Part shown: one piece after another, positions 11,582-22,251 of the stretch | Position numbering within the stretch: position 1 is the stretch's first letter | Layout: the number at the start of each line of letters is the position of its first letter | Source of the DNA: Callorhinchus milii | Lineage: Eukaryota | Assembly: GCF_018977255.1 (NCBI RefSeq) | Contig: NW_024704742.1 | Coordinates: 64,048,001 to 64,112,000 of the forward strand | DNA: 64,000 nt | Direction: 5' to 3' | The notes under the pieces: model-generated | What the model was told of the DNA's origin: nothing | The model's database searches: none | What the model saw: the letters and a program-made list of their open reading frames with translations, nothing else | Position numbers and translations under genes: made by a program

Positions 11582-13259
11582 AAATGAAGACTATCTTTAT
11601 GTCTATCAAGTGCTCCTGGATGCTACCCCACGTGAAGGGCACCATATAAATGCAAGTTGTGGTTGTTGTTGGATACATTGAAATGACCCACAAATATATC
11701 ATCACATAACGTTCCAAACACACATTCAAAATACCAGCAATGCCTGAATCACAATATTTGTCCAATGCAGGAACATTTTGAAGAAAGATTAGTCTAATGT
11801 GGAGTATAAATACTAGCATGGACTGGTTGGGTTGAATGACTTGTTGCCATGATGTACAATCGATGTAAAGATATCTTCAAGCAGAGAGGAGATAGTTGAT
11901 TCTCTGCACACGACTGAGTGAACAGAGATAGCTGCGAGTCTGCTCACTATTCTGAGTCTATGATTTGGGTGTGATGTCATACTATGCTGGCTGCTGGCTG
12001 CCCATTTCTAACTGTTCATCAGACATTCATTCCACATGTTCATTTGCTATATTATTATTTATAAGGATTATTATTATAAAATTGCAGTCTTTTTTTACAT
12101 TAAATCAGCTCCCCTGTGCTACCGGCTGCAAATGATCTGGGTGTGAGGGGATGGGGGAAAGAACAATCTTTACACTTGGTATAGTTCCTTTCATGTCAAG
12201 AGGAGGTATCAGTTGCTATGTGCTTTTTGTGGGCGATCAGTCAAAGGGTTTACTCACAAAAGAAGAGAGATTTATCGATTGTGACTGGAGGAGGAAAGCA
12301 TAATTGGATTCCCTAGTACAGTAGTAACAAAAAAATTGAAAGCTGATAATCCCTCTCAGTGAGTATTAGAGGCTACTCTCCCATGAGGGCCAATGCCGCA
12401 TAATGTGGAACCTACACAAGTTCCTTCTGCACAGTGACTCAGGAGACAATCCCTTCACAAGTACATGGATGCTCTCCCAGGTGAGGATAGGAGTAGGGTA
12501 CAGAGGTTCCACCCTGGGTATTAAATAACTAGGCAACATTCCTCGCCTCGCCTGACTTGCTATGGTCCCATTTGGATAATGTACCAGATGGCTGCTGATG
12601 CCTGTGAACCTAATTGCATCCCACTGGTCCCCTCTCTCTCCCTCCCTGAGTCAGAAGAAAAGAGAAGAAGAGAGAAGGGTGGAAATTGGAAAGAAAAAAA
12701 AATCTTCTTTCAGATCTGCTTCGTTTATTTTCCAGTCAACAGGGAGGTAACTCTACAATGTCCTGCTGTGAATTTTGGCATCCATCCACTGTACTTCCAA
12801 TGAGTAAATCCTTGATATACTTACCTCCCACTGAACTTCTGTTACAACTTGTGACAAGCGCTCATGTGATGCCCACATGAGAGTAAGTTTCCACCTTGGC
12901 TTTCTTATGTATTAGAATTGCACCCAGTACAAAAATTCGATCTCATTTTTGATATCACTTTCTGACTATATTTTTCCTGATACAGAAACCAATTTCTCCT
13001 CCAGATATATTTCACGAGCTGTAGGATATTTGTACCTAGAGAAATTGTGCATTTAGAAATGATGCCTGGCTGATTTGGCCCAGAAAATGTGAAATAAAGG
13101 GCGGAGGAAAATTTGTTGGTTCTTGTGTGAAAATCCATCAGGGCATCTGCTCCTGAAACTCTGTGAGCTGTCAAAGTTCGATGTAGTCTCAATCTCCACG
13201 ATCCTTAAAACAAATGTGTTTCACATCTGCTCTCCCAGCTTAGACTTGCAGAACAGGAA

Positions 13260-13950
13260 TTTAGCAGTTTGTAATACTCTTGCCTTTGAGTCAGAAGGTT
13301 ATGGACTCAAGCCCCACATTGGGGCTTTGAGCTGATGGTCCAGGCTGATATTCCATTGCAGTGCTGTGCAAGTGCTGAATTGTCAGAGGTGTTATCCTTT
13401 GGATGAGATGTTAAACTGAGGTTTTCTCTGCCAGGAGGATGTTAAGGATTCTATGGCACTATTGAAAAAGAGAAGGCAGTTTCTCCCTGTGTCTCAGGCC
13501 TTTTTTTCCGTTATTTAAAAGGAACTTCTGTACTTCACGCAGAGGGTCGTGAGTTTGTGGATCTTGCTACCTGAAGCGGTGGTTGAATCAGATAGTATAG
13601 ATGCATTCAAAAGGAATCTAGACTTTCACATGAGTGAGAGGGGAGTAGAAAGGTATGGGAGGGTGTAAAGGAATGGGTGAAGAATTGTGTGGAGTATTGA
13701 CACTCGCGCGGACTGGTTGGGTCAAGTGACCTGGTTCCATGCTGTACAAACTTTATAAATCTTTGTAAATATTTATGTCTACCTGAACAAGTTGGTGGGA
13801 TCTTAGTTCAAAATCTCATCTGAAGGAGGTCACCCCCAACAATGAGAAGCTTCCCCAACACTGCATTGGAGTGTTAGTCTAGACAATGGTCTCAAAGTCC
13901 TGATGTAAGGCTTGAACCTACAACCTTCTGACTGAGAGGTAGGAGTGCTA
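13260..13950. mobile_element. Cluster of old Deu-domain-like SINE pieces (+ 13260-13500, - 13780-13950) and a CR1 3' end (+ 13515-13770)
   Basis: GAGTCAGAAGGTT...GGATGAGATGTTAAACTGAGG...GATTCTATGGCACTATT motif shared with other family B copies. CR1 FTQRVV-type 3' end. Confidence 0.7.
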
Positions 13951-14189
13951 ATGATTGAGTCAGGCAGCGCTTTGAAATGTTTTGACTTGATGGGTGCTAT
14001 GTCGAATGCAAAGATTATCATTTATTCATGTAGACTAGAAAATCAACCATAGCAAGGTGGAATTTCCTCATGTTATGGCTGCTGCCACCCTGCTCGACAA
14101 AGAGAAGGACAAGGAGGAAAGGGGGTCTCTAGATGTGAATGTTGAATGTGGACTGTTAGAGGGCAAAGTCTTAGAGGAAGGGGTATATA

Positions 14190-14668
14190 ATAACAATATA
14201 ATATAATAATCCTTGCATTTGATATAGAGTCTTATTGTCTTTGAGACATCTCGATGGGTCTTTGTAGTCTAAAGAGACCCATCTCAAGACCCTCCTCTTT
14301 GACCATGCCTTCGGTCACTCTCCTACCCCTATCCTCCCCACCCTCCATCCCTCCTGATCTCAACCACCAGCTTGGGTGGGGATCCCTGACTGTCCAGGGC
14401 CTTGGAACATCCTCCTGACATGAACGGCACTATATAAATATAATTTGTTGTTATTGTCTCAAAGCGCTTCACAGAAAATACTATGAAGTGAATTGACTGT
14501 GTATTTTATGGGTGAAACCCGGCAGCCAATTGTGCCCACAAACAGTCGTGGATTGAGTGAACTTTTTTTTAAGGGATTATTAACTTCCATCAATCGAACA
14601 GCAAGTGGGTTCCTACTTACTGCTAGATGAACAGAGGTGTGTGCTCTAACCAATACATTACAGGACTC
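14190..14668 (-). mobile_element. SINE family A interrupted by a + strand L2 3' end (about 14280-14455)
   Basis: SINE homology breaks at about 14250 and resumes at about 14456. The insert ends in an L2 tail (GGCACTATATAAAT...TTGTTGTT). Confidence 0.75.
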
Positions 14669-14669
14669 C

Positions 14670-15205
14670 ACAAAAGATCTCCAGAGATGTGTCAAATGGG
14701 AGCTTGAGACACCTACCTCTATGATTAGAATTGCTCTGACTGTTGCTGTGAAGGTCATTGCTCTGCTCTGAGTTGTTTTGCCACCAGATAGTTCCAATCC
14801 TCTGGAGAAGGCACCTTGGACATCTGTCAGAAATATGCATTCACTGTCAGCGAAAGCAATTGCACCAACGTTTGGGTGGGTTGAGTAGTCGGGTCATCAG
14901 CCACTTTCTCAGCCATAGTCCAAACTCCTTGACAATCAGCATCACACCCTGCTATTGGGTTGTATAGTTGAAAGCAGGAGAGATGTCTGCCTGAGGACAG
15001 CTGCCTGCATTGTATGAATGCCAGTAGATTTGCATTGACAAGGTGGAGGTGACCTTTATGAAGCAGATGCACATTAATGGAACAAAAGCCTTTACAGATA
15101 GACTGTGGTGTCCCATTCTCCATCTGTGTACAGTCACTGATGCGCAAGACCTTAGCAGTGTTTGTTGCTGTCTCTATAAATCTTGCTCCATATCTCTGCT
15201 ACCCC
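14670..15205. pseudogene. Degenerate PIF/Harbinger (HARBI1-like) DDE transposase fossil, internally inverted
   Basis: Plus strand 14700-14860 reads IALTVAVKVIAL / CFATR*FQSSG. Minus strand 15205-14870 reads KVLRISDCTQ, KGFCSINVHL, VLRQT and RKWLMTRLLNP. These resemble the Harbinger motifs ALPVAVKV..FFASGSFQ, GAIDCTH, RKGFHSINVQ and WLMTP. Confidence 0.75.
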
Positions 15206-16319
15206 CTCTCGAAAGTCACCTTCTGGATGCAGATAATCTGAAAAGTCACCTTCTGAATGCAGATGGTTGTGCTTCCTCTGCAAATGCAATGAAACCTGAC
15301 TGCAGCTCTATCTGGTTTTCAATGTAGACGCTATAGCCCTCAGATATAAATTCTCTTAATTTCTTTCATCAACATTATGCAACCATTTGGATAATAATTC
15401 TTGTATAGGAATCGGCACTTATCACATCATCGAGGCGTCTCAAAGGGCTTTGCAGGATTTTACTGTGAAATGTAACGATTGTGAATTTTATCTGCCTTGA
15501 ACAGGCTGGATGGACTGAATGGCATCCTCCTGCTCCTGGTTTTCTATGTTTCCTTTATCCAGTTAGTGTTGATTCCCACTGACAGACCTTGACTTGTGTG
15601 TATGTGAGCAGTCAGTGTGCACGTGCTCATAAGTTCTATGGGTCTCTGCAGCTAATGTTTTGACTGGTGCGAGTGACCAGCCTCAAGAATGGTTGTGAAT
15701 GTAAATTGAAGGAAGAATTGAATGGTTCATTCAAAGTAATGTTCATCATTAGTCTGTATGTTCGCTCCAATAGAGAATTTAACAATCCTTCTAATTACAG
15801 GGCCTTTTGTAAAATGCAATTGAAATAAGTTTCCCCTTTAGATGTGCAATAATGTTTAATCACCGTTCAATCTTTTTAAAGAGGCTTGCCAAAATATAGT
15901 ACTGTAACATAATTTGCATTATACTACAATGTGTTAGTCTAAAATATTTTAATTTAAAAATTCTTAAATTCAAAACACAGTTCTTGGAGGGTTTTGAAGG
16001 AACTATAACAAAATAGTTTCCAAATGAAAACTGAATTTAAGATTTTTTCCAACATCTGTCAGAATTAAAATTTTAATAGAATGAGCTTAAGGCTAATACC
16101 ATGATTAAGTTTGGGCCATTAAGACTTGTCTTTGCTTGGGCTGCATTTCTGTAGTTAAAACAAGTGCATTCCTGAAATTAACTTGCAACTCTCATTTCTG
16201 AAAATAATTTCAGTGTGCTGGGGGTGTGCTGCAGTGTAGGAAGTGCCAGATAAGATATTAAACCAAGATCTCATCTGCCTGTACAGGTGGATGTTAAAGA
16301 TCCTATTTCACTATTCGAA

Positions 16320-17010
16320 AAGAGAAGGGCATTTCTCTTTCCTGAAACAATGGGGCACCTTTTGGAATAGGGGGCATCTATACAGACCGGATGGGTTCCA
16401 CCTAAACAAAAGGGGGTGGGGGTGTTGGCAGGCATGATAGATAGTTTAGTTAGGGAGTGTTTAAACTAGGCACAGGGGTGGTTGTGGTAGGTGTAAGAGA
16501 GCACCCAAATCAATGGGATATGCATCTGGAAGATTATAAACTGTTTAGGAGGGACTGTATCGGGAGAAGAGGAGGTGGTGTGGTACTATATATAAGCTCC
16601 ATTCTTGAGATACACATGAGAGAGGATATAAAAAAGGAAAATGCAAACACAGAATTACTTTGGGTAGAATTAAAAGATGGTAACAGAGGTAACCTAGGGT
16701 GAAAGCATTGATCTGGAACTGTGGGATTAAATAAGGAACGAGACTAGTAAAGGACCAACTATAGTAGTTGGAGATTTTAACGTACCCGAAACTGATTGAG
16801 ATAATAATGTGTCGACTGGTAAGATAAGGGAAGGGGTTCCCAGAGGTAAAGGAAGACTGTTTTATGACTAAGATTGTAAAAGAGCCAACAAGGAGAAATA
16901 ACACACTTGGGTTTGATAATGAGCAACAGGGTCAACCAAAACTCCAACATAAAGGTGAGAGAAGCAATAAGCAACAGCGATTACAATGCCGTCACACTTA
17001 ACATCACAAG
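16320..17010 (+). mobile_element. Old CR1 LINE internal fragment: ORF1 SGNH-esterase end and ORF2 endonuclease
   Basis: FLKQWGTFWNRGHLYRPDGFHLNKRG (DGxH block), then YKLFRRDCIGRRGGGVVLYI, ELLWVEL and VVGDFNVP. Confidence 0.8.
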
Positions 17011-17458
17011 AATTGGTGAGGTTATAATCTTTGTGCGAATGGTGTTTTCCACCCCAGAACCCCTCAATTAAAGCTTTTGTAACAACTCCCAGGTATCGAT
17101 TATTCTATATAAAATGCGGCAGTAGTAACAGTACCTGTCAGAGTAGAAAACAATAGCTGCTAAGAGGGGCCACAGTGCTTTTAGCCCGGATGTCACAATG
17201 ATTTTATTACTTTTTGTGCTGAATAACAACAATTCCAAATTGCTATTATATCAGTTATCATACAATGCAGTACATATTACATTTGCATAGCGCCTTTCAG
17301 TTGGTAAGAGGTCCCAGGAGCTGGACAGTCAGAGATCATACTTGTCTTATGCACTGGATACCGGTACCAAAAAGGAGAGCTATCTGAGAAGAGGTTGCAG
17401 TCGATTCCATTTTCGCACCTTCAGTTTAAAACGTTTACCGAATTCAATGATGCATTCA

Positions 17459-18190
17459 GGTGTCAGTGTGGCTCAGTTGCTAGTGCTCTCGCCTCTAAGT
17501 CAGAAGGCTGTGGGTTCAAGCCCCACAATGGGACTTTGAGCTCACAGTCTAGGCTCGCACTTCAGTACAGTGTTGGGGATATCCTCTATTTTCGGAGGTA
17601 CCATCGGTTATGCGGTTTTAGCTGGTTGGATTCCTGCAGTACTCCAACGCACACTCTGGGGTCCCCAAGTCTTGGTTCATGCCATTGATATCGCTGCCTG
17701 GCAAGCTTTCCTGCTGCTTGTCCAGCTAGGACCACCCTACCCGTTAGGACTTTGGCTTACAGGGTTAACAACAACAATAACAACAACTTACAACACAACA
17801 GGAGCTGAGTGGGATGGCTCCTTGCCCTCATTGACTGGTTTGCCCTTCTAGGTCATAATACCTATTAGGTAATCAGGATGCTTGGTTTGGATACTCTGAC
17901 ACATGCGGAAAATCATCACCATGGTTAAGACACGCAGCTGACCAAAAAAAAATGAGATACTGAACTGTGTTCTTGCCTACCTGTTTAGATGTTAAAGATC
18001 CCATATTTGAAAAAAGAAGGGAGTTTCTCCCACTGTCCTGCCCAAGAATCTCCCAGGTAAAATTAGTCATTCACTTTATGGGGGTTTATGCATAGATTGG
18101 TTGCCGTGGTTGTCTATAAAAAAAATACACAGTCAGTAACACTTTACAATAAATCCTGTGAAGCACTTTGGACATCTTGAAAACATGATG
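17459..18190 (+). mobile_element. SINE family B (SacSINE1/Deu-domain-like) split by a ~345-bp insert at 17606-17952
   Basis: Head GTGTCAGTGTGGCTCAGTTG...GAGTCAGAAGG-like. The body breaks after CGGAGGTACCATC and resumes at ATGAGATACTGAACTG...GTTAAAGATCCC. Confidence 0.75.
17606..17952. repeat. Unclassified low-copy repeat (family C), possibly RTE-LINE 5' UTR derived
   Basis: Shares GTCCAGCTAGGACCACCCTACC with 53894-54155 and (with substitutions) 59600-59860. Shares CACATG..AAA..CATCACCATG.TTA with 36855-36915 and 46054-46134. Confidence 0.7.
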
Positions 18191-20084
18191 AAGTATCCTC
18201 TTCAGCTCTGAAAATAAATGGACGTTTAAAAAATATGTAGAAAAATCCTATCTGCTAAATAAATTGTTCACTGATTTAACAATGATAATCGTTGCATTTG
18301 ATATATTGCCTTATCGTGTCATTGAGACGTCTCAAAGTGCTTCACAGAATATATTGTAAAGAGATGTGAATGTGTATTTTGTAGGCAAAGTATATATTAG
18401 TTTACCTATGTTCATTCTTCTCATGGGTCTGAAATAAAATGGCAGTTATTTTTCTGATTCCTTGATTTCTCTTCAAGCATCATCACAGAGGCTATTTAAA
18501 GTTTTTCAAGACAACCACAAGAGCAAAATTATAGTCTAAAATTCTGAGTAATTAACGCAGTAAAATTCATAGCAAATCATGGTGCGCCCACATCTGGACA
18601 TCGATCCATCGCTGCTGCACTGGAGCAACTGCAGCAGGTAGCCTGGGGGTCTGATTGTGTAGAGAATATGGAACATTGTTGTGGAAAATACCCTAATCAG
18701 GGCACAAATTAACAGACTTAAATTTTTTTAAAAACATTGTTGAAACAACTGAAGAGTCAGTACATAGACCATTGAGATCTCTTCAGTCATTAGAAGACTT
18801 AAGAGGTTGCAATTACATTAACAGAAGTAGCCATTGATAGTTAAAAATGATCACAGGAAAAAAGTATTCAAATAAAAAATAGGCGCTTCTTTGAACGATT
18901 TATTAAACATAATATTGGGGTATAAAAGAAATTTTGCAGTTACAAAATGACCAATAAGGATATGTGTTTTCTGTTTTATGTCTTGGTTTTGTTTTATGTA
19001 TTTTGCCTTTATATATGAAGACAAAACCTGAACATTAGGATATCCACATTACATAATCGCGTGCAACAAAACAAGTTGTTTTTATTTAGCATTCATTCTG
19101 GGTAGCATCTCAGATTGACAAGTAAAGATAAATGAAAAGGGAAATCACTTTGTTTCCTTTTGGAACTAACAATATATTTTACTTAGACTGAACAACCTCT
19201 TCAAATACCTTCCCAAATGGTAGTTAACACTATACTCAGACTAGCAATGGTAATTTATATCCATCACTTCCAGTGCACTGCCTCAGGATATTGAAGTCAA
19301 CATTTAGAGAACAGTGCAATTACATTTATTACATTTGTCAACTGTCATCCTGTTCCCTAGATAAAGATCCAAACTTTACTGTAAGTTGTAGGTAAAGTTT
19401 GCAATGTTTTATATCGAATTCTCTGTTAATCAACACGGGGACGCACTGCATGTTCCCCCACCCCCAACATCTAACCTACTGTTGGCAGCAGAGCTTTCAG
19501 ACACTTGTCCCCGCTCCCCAAAACACTCTCGTGAAATTCCTCCCCTTTTCCTCTCACTCTCTGCCTGCAAAACCCTTCTAAAAACCTTTTTGGCTGTGCG
19601 TCCTTCCTACTGCCTTCCCTAACTCTGTGACCTGCTAACTCCATACAGACCTGTTCACTCTCTCTGCTCCCTCAGCTCACCATCACCGGTTGGGCTTTCA
19701 GCCTCTCTGCTTTGGAACGCCATACAACAATGTGCTGTGTAAGAAACTCTATGTAAGAAATTCTATGTCCGTTATTGACACTTTGTTACTGCTTTCAATA
19801 TAACCTTAATTTTGTGCGACATCATAAAACCACCTCAAAATATTAAATGAAATTGTATTCCAATTTGACAAAGGAATAATACACAAAATAAGAGAGAGAG
19901 AGACAGTGTGTTAAGTATCTAATAATCCTTGCATTTGATGTAGCGCTTTTCACGTCTTCTAGACATCTCAAAGCTCTTCACAGAACATACTGTAAAGAGA
20001 ATTGATTGTATATTTTGTGGGCGAAATGCACCAGTTGCGCACAGGAGTGTCCCGTCAAATGTCATGAATGGAGTGACTAAATTT

Positions 20085-20735
20085 CATTACCTCACCCCTC
20101 ACGCTGCTGAAACCCTGGTCCACGCCTTTGTCACCTCAAGGCTGGACTATGGGAACTCTCTCCTCGTCGGCCTTCCCGCCACCTCCCTCCACAAGCTGCA
20201 GGTCATTCAGAACTCTGCAGCTCGTGTACTGTCCAACACCAGGCTTCGGGACCACATCACTCCCACCCTCGCTCGCCTCCACTGGCTCCCCATCCCCCAG
20301 AGGATTGATTTCAAGATCCTCATCCTCACCTACAAGGCCATTCACGGCCTCGCTCCCTCCTACCTCTCCAACCTACTATCCCTCTACCTACCTGCCCGTA
20401 CCCTCCATTCCTCTGGCTCCGGTCTGCTCCACGTCCCCCGCCCCAATCGCCCTACCATCGGTGGCTGGGCTTTCAGCCCCCAGGCTCTGGAACTCCATCC
20501 CCCAGTGCCTTCGCCGCTTCCTCCCTTTTCTCCTTCAAGGCCGGTTTCAAAACCTTTCTCTTTGACCGAGCCTTCAGCTCCCCTCTCGACTCTCTTCCCC
20601 CTCCTCGCTCCTTCCCTTCCCTCCCCTCACCCTGACCATTTCCCCCCTGCTCGGGTCATGACCCAACTGTGCAGCGCCTTGGGACGTCCTCCTGACGTGA
20701 AAGGCGCTTTATAAATGGAATCTTGTTGTTGTTGT
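20085..20735 (+). mobile_element. Young L2 LINE 3' end
   Basis: AETLVHAFVTSRLDYGNSLL...LQVIQNSAAR...LHWLPIPQRIDFKIL. The 3' UTR is nearly identical to 34150-34462 and ends in a (GTT)n tail. Confidence 0.93.
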
Positions 20736-22037
20736 AAATTCTTTTTTTCTTGAAAGTTTTCATCAGGCGTTTGGGGTAAGGAAACTTGCCCAAGGTTTCG
20801 CCCTGCCGGGAATTGAACCCAGGTCTCTCACTTGCGAGGCAAGTGCTCAACCACTGAGCTACAGGACTCCTGTATGAAATATACCATGAATTTAAAATCA
20901 TGTGAAGCAGACAATGAGAAGCTAGGAACAGAGCGTAGGAGCCTGGCTCAGTGAGCTGTATTCTTGTGTGGCTCAACTGGCGGCTTTTGGGTCAGAAAAA
21001 CGTGGGTTCAAGTCCCCATTGTCAAGTACTAACCTTTCACAACACTGAGAGAAGACATGAAACACTAGAAGCAGGGAGGAGATTTAAAGGACAGTAATTT
21101 ATGGAAATACTGTAAAATCAAATGATCAGGAAGCCCATAACTCATGGGTCCCTCAGGCACTGGTGATTTATGCTGATGGTGTCACAAGCAATTTATTTTC
21201 CATTGGCCATCGACGTGACTATTTTGTTTTATGTCACATCTTCATGTTACATGGAAGCAAGTTACAGTAATTCAATTTAAGTGGTGACTACAAAACCAGA
21301 GAAAACGAATGTAAGTGTTTGAGATTATGTGATACATTTCTCCCGCCTCTCCTCACCCCCTCCTTCCACCCCCCTCTCCCCCTGCCCCCACCCCACACAC
21401 ACATGAAGTATTAGGTCCTATGAATTTGATTTCAACATCCTCACAATCAGTTTCAAATCACTTCACACCCTGGCACCTCATTACCTCTCCGATCTGCTCA
21501 CACCCCCTCTTCACTACCTGCCGCCTTCACTCAGCTCACATCTTCTGCATGTCCCTCCTCCCATTAACTCCACCATTGGTGGCCGTGCTTTCAGGCATTA
21601 TGTCCCAAATTTATGGAACTCTCTGACTCAATCCTCCCATCTTTCTTGCCCTCTCTTTGCCTGTCTTTAAATCACACCTGAAAACTTTCCTCTTTCGCCA
21701 TGCCTTTGGTCACCTCTCCTCTTTCCAGCTCTGCATCAAACCACACCACTGTTAAGCGCTGCGAGATGCTACTCATGTGAAAGGCACTATATAAATGCAA
21801 GTTGTTGTTGAATACATTCCCATTAAAAGCAATTAACATTAAGCCAGATATCTTCTTAAAATGCAGCAAATTCAACCCCTGCCATACATTCAGAACCTAT
21901 AGGGCAAAGAGATTCACCAAAGCTTGTTCAAAATCTACACAACCATAACAGCGATTCAGTTGAAGAAGGCTCTTTGTCCCATTTGGTTGAAGAAAGAAAA
22001 TGTATTCCTGGACCTCAGCTGCACCAGGCTGCAGCTA

Positions 22038-22251
22038 TAATAATAATAATAATAATCCTTGCATTTGATATAGCGCTTTTCACGTCTTCTCGATGTCTCA
22101 AAGCGCTTTACAGAATATGCCGTAAAGTGAATTGACCGTATATTTGTGGGCGAAACGCGGCAGCCAATTGCGCACAGCAGTGTCCCACAAACAGTCGTGG
22201 ATTGAAATGACCAATTTATTATTGCTTTTGTTTTTGGAGGGATTATTATTA
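22038..22251 (-). mobile_element. SINE family A, 5'-truncated
   Basis: Tail and body match siblings. No head. Confidence 0.85.

Noticed and set aside
12714..13035. Possible exons on either strand (acceptor at 12713, donors near 12882 on + and 12825 on -)
   Set aside because: All frames contain stops between the paired splice signals and no peptide is recognisable.
18561..18637. Short GC-richer stretch VKFIANHGAPTSGHRSIAAALEQLQQ as an exon
   Set aside because: No polypyrimidine tract, a weak donor (GTAGCC) and no recognisable homology.
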